Assembly (NCBI GenBank): GCA_051294905.1
Contig: CM119378.1
Span: forward strand, 11,408,001-11,472,000
Source: Botryllus schlosseri
Lineage: Eukaryota
Reading direction: 5' to 3'
DNA: 64,000 nt
Shown: positions 62,601 to 64,000 of the stretch, piece by piece
Position numbering within the stretch: the stretch's first letter is position 1
How the letters are laid out: every line of letters starts with the position of its first letter
Notes under the pieces: generated by a model
Databases searched by the model: none
What the model was told of the DNA's origin: nothing
The model's input: the letters and a program-made list of their open reading frames with translations, nothing else
Position numbers and translations under genes: made by a program

Positions 62601-63732
62601 AATATATTACTTATTCAATATTCAAAGATATCAGTAGCATGGGAAGTCCAGTTTTGCTGCAAATCCTTGAAATTTTAGTTTCCCACAAATCTTCATGGAT
62701 AAATATTCAACTATGTAAGCATATAAAGAAAGGAGAACATAACTGTATCCTATTTACAAATCTGGTGAATATTTGTTGGTAAATCAAAATATCAAATCCT
62801 TCTTGTCTATTCGCTGTTGTACAATGCTTTGTTGCCCAACTGTTCTGTAATTCTACGACACGTAATTAAATATGGGAATAAAAGTAATACATTTACAATA
62901 TTATAATTCTAAAAAATGAGTAAGCGTTGATCATCAGTGTAAGATTGGTACTATAGGCTTTTTTTCTGTAAATGACAATGATTATATCTTTACAGGGAAT
63001 ACAAGAAAATGAGCATTTTGTTGAGAAAAACCTGCATCAAATGTCATCTCACATCTGTACCTGGATGTCTTCTTGGTATCATTTATCTCTTGAGGAACTG
63101 CAGGTTTGAAGAAATTTATTTGGATGTACTGTGCCTCTTTAGCTTTGTCTTTCCAGTTTGTCAATGAAGTGCTGAAATTGCGCTGGTCACACACAAAAAT
63201 AGACCCATTTTTCCGAAGTAAGATCATGAATGAGACACGGAGAATCACAAAGCATGTAAGTGTATACAAAGAGTGTAAGTTTAACTCATGAAAATATGTG
63301 CCTTCAATTTTTGTATTTTTTTACCATCAAATGAAGGTATGGGGTACTCGTGAAAAAGAATACTTTCGGTTATATTTGGAGAAATGGAAAAAGATAACCT
63401 TTGAAGATTGCCTTCATGCATGGCTGGAAGAATATGCCTTGCAATGCACAAACAGCATCCTTGAGGTACAATATGCTCCTTCTATTCAGTACTCAGCAAC
63501 TACTAGAAGGAAGGAGAAAACTGCCAACCTAGGTTTTACAGACACCAACGAATGGCTTGTTTGCTAATAACTAGGTTGATCAAGAGTATGAGCAATTGTT
63601 GAACTTTTATTCAAACAATACTCAGTGTCGATATTTTTCAGTGACAAAACCATGTTTGATATGAAATTGTTTCAGATAGTATACAGTCCTGTACACGTAT
63701 AGATACAGATTTACAAACAATCTTCGAAAATA
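20558..63732 (+). CDS. Large multi-exon gene, RNF213/mysterin-like N-terminal region with long lineage-specific extension (5' start not found; continues beyond window)
   Basis: About 40 AG..GT-bounded open exons with chained phases. The 3' part has the CBM20-like motif FQYKYCIY...HWEYLP...IVNRV and the motif EWVLTLPLYW, recalled as similar to the RNF213 N-terminus. Linkage of all blocks into one transcript is inferred from phase compatibility only. Confidence 0.6.
21158..21468. mobile_element. hAT MITE (CAGTGGTTCTC...GAGAACCACTG)
   Basis: TIRs present; internal sequence similar to the 26098-26405 copy and to a fragment at about 56830-57040. Confidence 0.8.
23460..23934. mobile_element. hAT deletion derivative retaining the transposase C-terminus
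   Basis: TIR CAGGGACGGGCA...GACCGCCCCTG; flanks agctagaa/agctaggg. Internal SDMQPEFKNPVHNFDQPQISH* resembles the recalled Charlie-type end. Inverted sister copy at 35464-35963. Confidence 0.75.
24349..24900. mobile_element. Foldback element with long inverted arms
   Basis: About 24349-24525 is an imperfect reverse complement of about 24660-24900 (e.g. aaaatctttgctggtgatcttctgcggcttgt vs acaagccgcggaagatcactagcaaagatttt). Confidence 0.8.
26098..26405. mobile_element. hAT MITE (same family as 21158-21468)
   Basis: TIR CAGTGGTTCTCAAA...TTTGAGAACTACTG; TSD atctacag/atctacgg. Confidence 0.85.
26905..30255 (+). CDS. Duplicated 5-exon module, copy 2 (192 codons)
   Basis: Exons 26905-27024, 27353-27475, 29061-29211, 29596-29698 and 30177-30255. 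Same lengths as copy 1 except one in-frame extra codon; no stops; splice sites conserved. Confidence 0.85.
30438..30577. repeat. Near-perfect 70-bp tandem duplication
   Basis: agtaattgagtatacatgcc...gatcaaagtag(a/g)aatt occurs at 30438 and 30508. Confidence 0.92.
30772..31327. mobile_element. GACTC/GAGTC-rich hAT-type MITE, copy 3
   Basis: TIR CAGGGTT...AACCCTT with perfect 8-bp TSD gggtaaac. Confidence 0.88.
31392..33228. mobile_element. pogo/Tc1-like element expanded by two nested hAT insertions
   Basis: Ends match the 38398 family. Contains a hAT MITE (about 31646-32809, family of 60384-60816), itself split by 31804-32594. Confidence 0.7.
31804..32594. mobile_element. hAT deletion derivative (TAGGGCGA...TCGTCCTA)
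   Basis: Perfect 8-bp TSD gtaataac. The minus ORF FSILGKLLSKDRHFLPENVRKYVSLYYN resembles the hAT C-terminal dimerisation region. Confidence 0.88.
33707..34482. mobile_element. hAT deletion derivative, sister of 31804-32594
   Basis: Perfect 8-bp TSD gtcattag; colinear similarity along its length. Confidence 0.88.
35464..35963. mobile_element. hAT deletion derivative, inverted sister of 23460-23934
   Basis: CAGGGGCGGGCAAC...GTTGCCCGTCCCTG; internal sequence is similar to the reverse complement of the 23.5-kb copy. Confidence 0.75.
36757..36850 (+). mobile_element. Retroelement (LINE/SINE) 3' tail with AATAAA and (TGAT)n
   Basis: gtttcgacatcttcctatcttttcattgtatcgcagtcttgtg...aataaacctgattgattgat; copies at about 12115-12195 (minus) and 14645-14727 (plus). 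Confidence 0.6.
36886..40875 (+). CDS. Run 1 of small symmetric phase-1 exons (low-complexity, acidic/Ser/Thr-rich linker)
   Basis: 36886-36963, 37021-37068, 37447-37632, 39290-39343, 39415-39498, 39563-39625, 39977-40057, 40637-40711 (or 40690) and 40801-40875: all multiples of 3, AG/GT bounded and open in phase 1. Less certain candidates: 33242-33418, 34934-34978, 35005-35082. Confidence 0.65.
38398..39161. mobile_element. pogo/Tc1-like non-autonomous element (TACCGTA-TTTTCC...GGAAAATTACGGTA) with internal ~46-bp tandem repeats
   Basis: TA-terminated TIRs. Family copies at 17935-18054 (partial), 28449-28851, 31392-33228, and an internal-only fragment at about 42480-42950. Confidence 0.75.
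41323..43863 (+). CDS. Three-exon unrecognised domain (~239 aa)
   Basis: 41323-41551 (phase 1-2), 41859-42209 (2-2) and 43727-43863 (2-1) chain exactly, e.g. WPAEPQIIGTFKGHSNAIMMSRLLQDWPDKLLEYMF...ADLCRLKWPEDNWSLEGDIY. Confidence 0.8.
44112..51128 (+). CDS. Run 2 of small symmetric phase-1 exons (Lys/Pro/Thr-rich linker)
   Basis: 44112-44168, 45785-45832, 45909-45950, 49089-49154, 50195-50254 and 50985-51128; all 3n long, AG/GT bounded, open. Confidence 0.65.
46619..48439. mobile_element. 1.8-kb non-autonomous hAT element with internal diverged repeats
   Basis: TIR CAGTGGTTCTTAACCT...AGGTTAAGAACCACTG with perfect 8-bp TSD atgtagac. Confidence 0.92.
52091..55000 (+). CDS. CBM20-like domain (as in the RNF213 N-terminus)
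   Basis: Exon 54846-55000 (phase 2-1) is well supported: DEQFYRIFLPRKEEKYRFQYKYCIYIRGWPHWEYLPRGTEKIVNRVAVVTR carries the YKY...WE...NR signature. Upstream exons 52091-52164, 52211-52271 and 52434-52467 are tentative. Confidence 0.6.
53056..53766. mobile_element. hAT-derived element sharing internal sequence with 58815-59718
   Basis: Right TIR AGGTTGGCCACCCCTG, left end degenerate; about 53170-53640 is similar to about 59110-59560. Confidence 0.6.
54093..54629. mobile_element. GACTC/GAGTC-rich hAT-type MITE, copy 4 (inverted)
   Basis: TIR CAGGGTTG...CACCCCTG with flanking direct repeat ctgatcc. Further partial copies at about 12020-12110, 18120-18285 and 50015-50100. Confidence 0.8.
55490..63732 (+). 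CDS. RNF213-like helical stalk exons
   Basis: 55490-55713, 58539-58789, 59760-60014, 61708-61912, 61971-62044, 62104-62275, 62996-63103, 63157-63255, 63337-63532 and 63676-63732 form an unbroken phase chain (1-0, 0-2, 2-2, 2-0, 0-2, 2-0, 0-0, 0-0, 0-1, 1-1), including introns of 53-59 nt. Confidence 0.8.
56379..57205. mobile_element. hAT non-autonomous element containing a fragment of the CAGTGGTTCT MITE family
   Basis: TIR CAGGGGTGGGCAAAC...GTTTGCCCACCCCTG with perfect TSD gtttagag. Confidence 0.92.
57386..57409. repeat. (CT)12 microsatellite
   Basis: Directly visible. Confidence 0.95.
57409..57759. mobile_element. Foldback/MITE with ~70-bp inverted arms
   Basis: ttcactgattaaattgtc...acgctgcacaccaaattt vs aaatttggtgtgcagcgt...gacaatttaatcagtgaa. 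Confidence 0.75.
58815..59718. mobile_element. hAT non-autonomous element
   Basis: TIR CAGTGGTCGGGAACCT...AGGTTCCCGACCACTG; TSD ttaaagag/ttatagag. Confidence 0.88.
60384..60816. mobile_element. hAT MITE (CAGTGGTTCCCA...TGGGAACCATTG)
   Basis: TIRs with TSD taatagat/caatagat. Confidence 0.85.
61040..61200 (-). mobile_element. tRNA-derived SINE
   Basis: Minus strand GCGTAGTGGTGAGCG (A box) ... GGTTCGATTTCC (B box), followed by a non-tRNA tail with AATAAA. Confidence 0.6.
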
Positions 63733-64000
63733 GTAAGTGGTTGTCACACATGGGAAGTGTATCTGTTTTTACAGTGACTATGGTTCAGTATCAACTCTTA
63801 TTTCTGTTTGAAAATGATTACTTGATAGGGAGGAGTCGAAACGACAATTATAACCTTAGCTTATGGATAGTGATAAAAATGTAAGAACATTAAGAGGCAT
63901 GCAAATGGAATGTTAAGCAAGTGTTTGACTTCTGTAATGATGCGGGCTGAAACGTACAATCTTGACAATATTTGGCGCCAAGAAGGCCTGTCCCCTATGG

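Noticed and set aside
63466-63489. 24-nt intron
   Set aside because: Too short, and the frame reads through openly, so it is modelled as a single exon 63337-63532.

Overview
AT-rich, intron- and repeat-rich animal genomic DNA. An invertebrate such as an ascidian is plausible from the 53-65 nt minimal introns and MITE density, but species cannot be determined from this window. Splicing by hand resolves two divergently oriented genes. (1) Gephyrin on the minus strand: 11 phase-compatible coding exons from ATG 9990 to 1010, covering the MogA-like G domain, the linker and the start of the MoeA-like E domain, with the remainder apparently beyond the left edge. Its linker carries 14 consecutive xxHG tetrapeptides, and one intron is GC-AG. 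(2) A very large plus-strand gene, or two adjacent genes, from at least 20558 to beyond 63732. Its 3' part resembles the RNF213/mysterin N-terminus (CBM20-like domain plus helical stalk). In front of that lie a tandemly duplicated 5-exon, ~191-aa helical module with a weak CARD-like signature, two runs of small symmetric phase-1 exons, and an unrecognised ~240-aa domain. Introns and intergenic DNA hold hAT-type MITEs and deletion derivatives (several with perfect 8-bp TSDs, two nested stacks), pogo/Tc1-like elements, foldbacks, tRNA-derived SINE heads and L2/CR1-type LINE 3' ends. There is no prokaryotic feature and no CRISPR array. Exon coordinates were read manually, and similarities to known proteins are recalled from memory, not from database searches.
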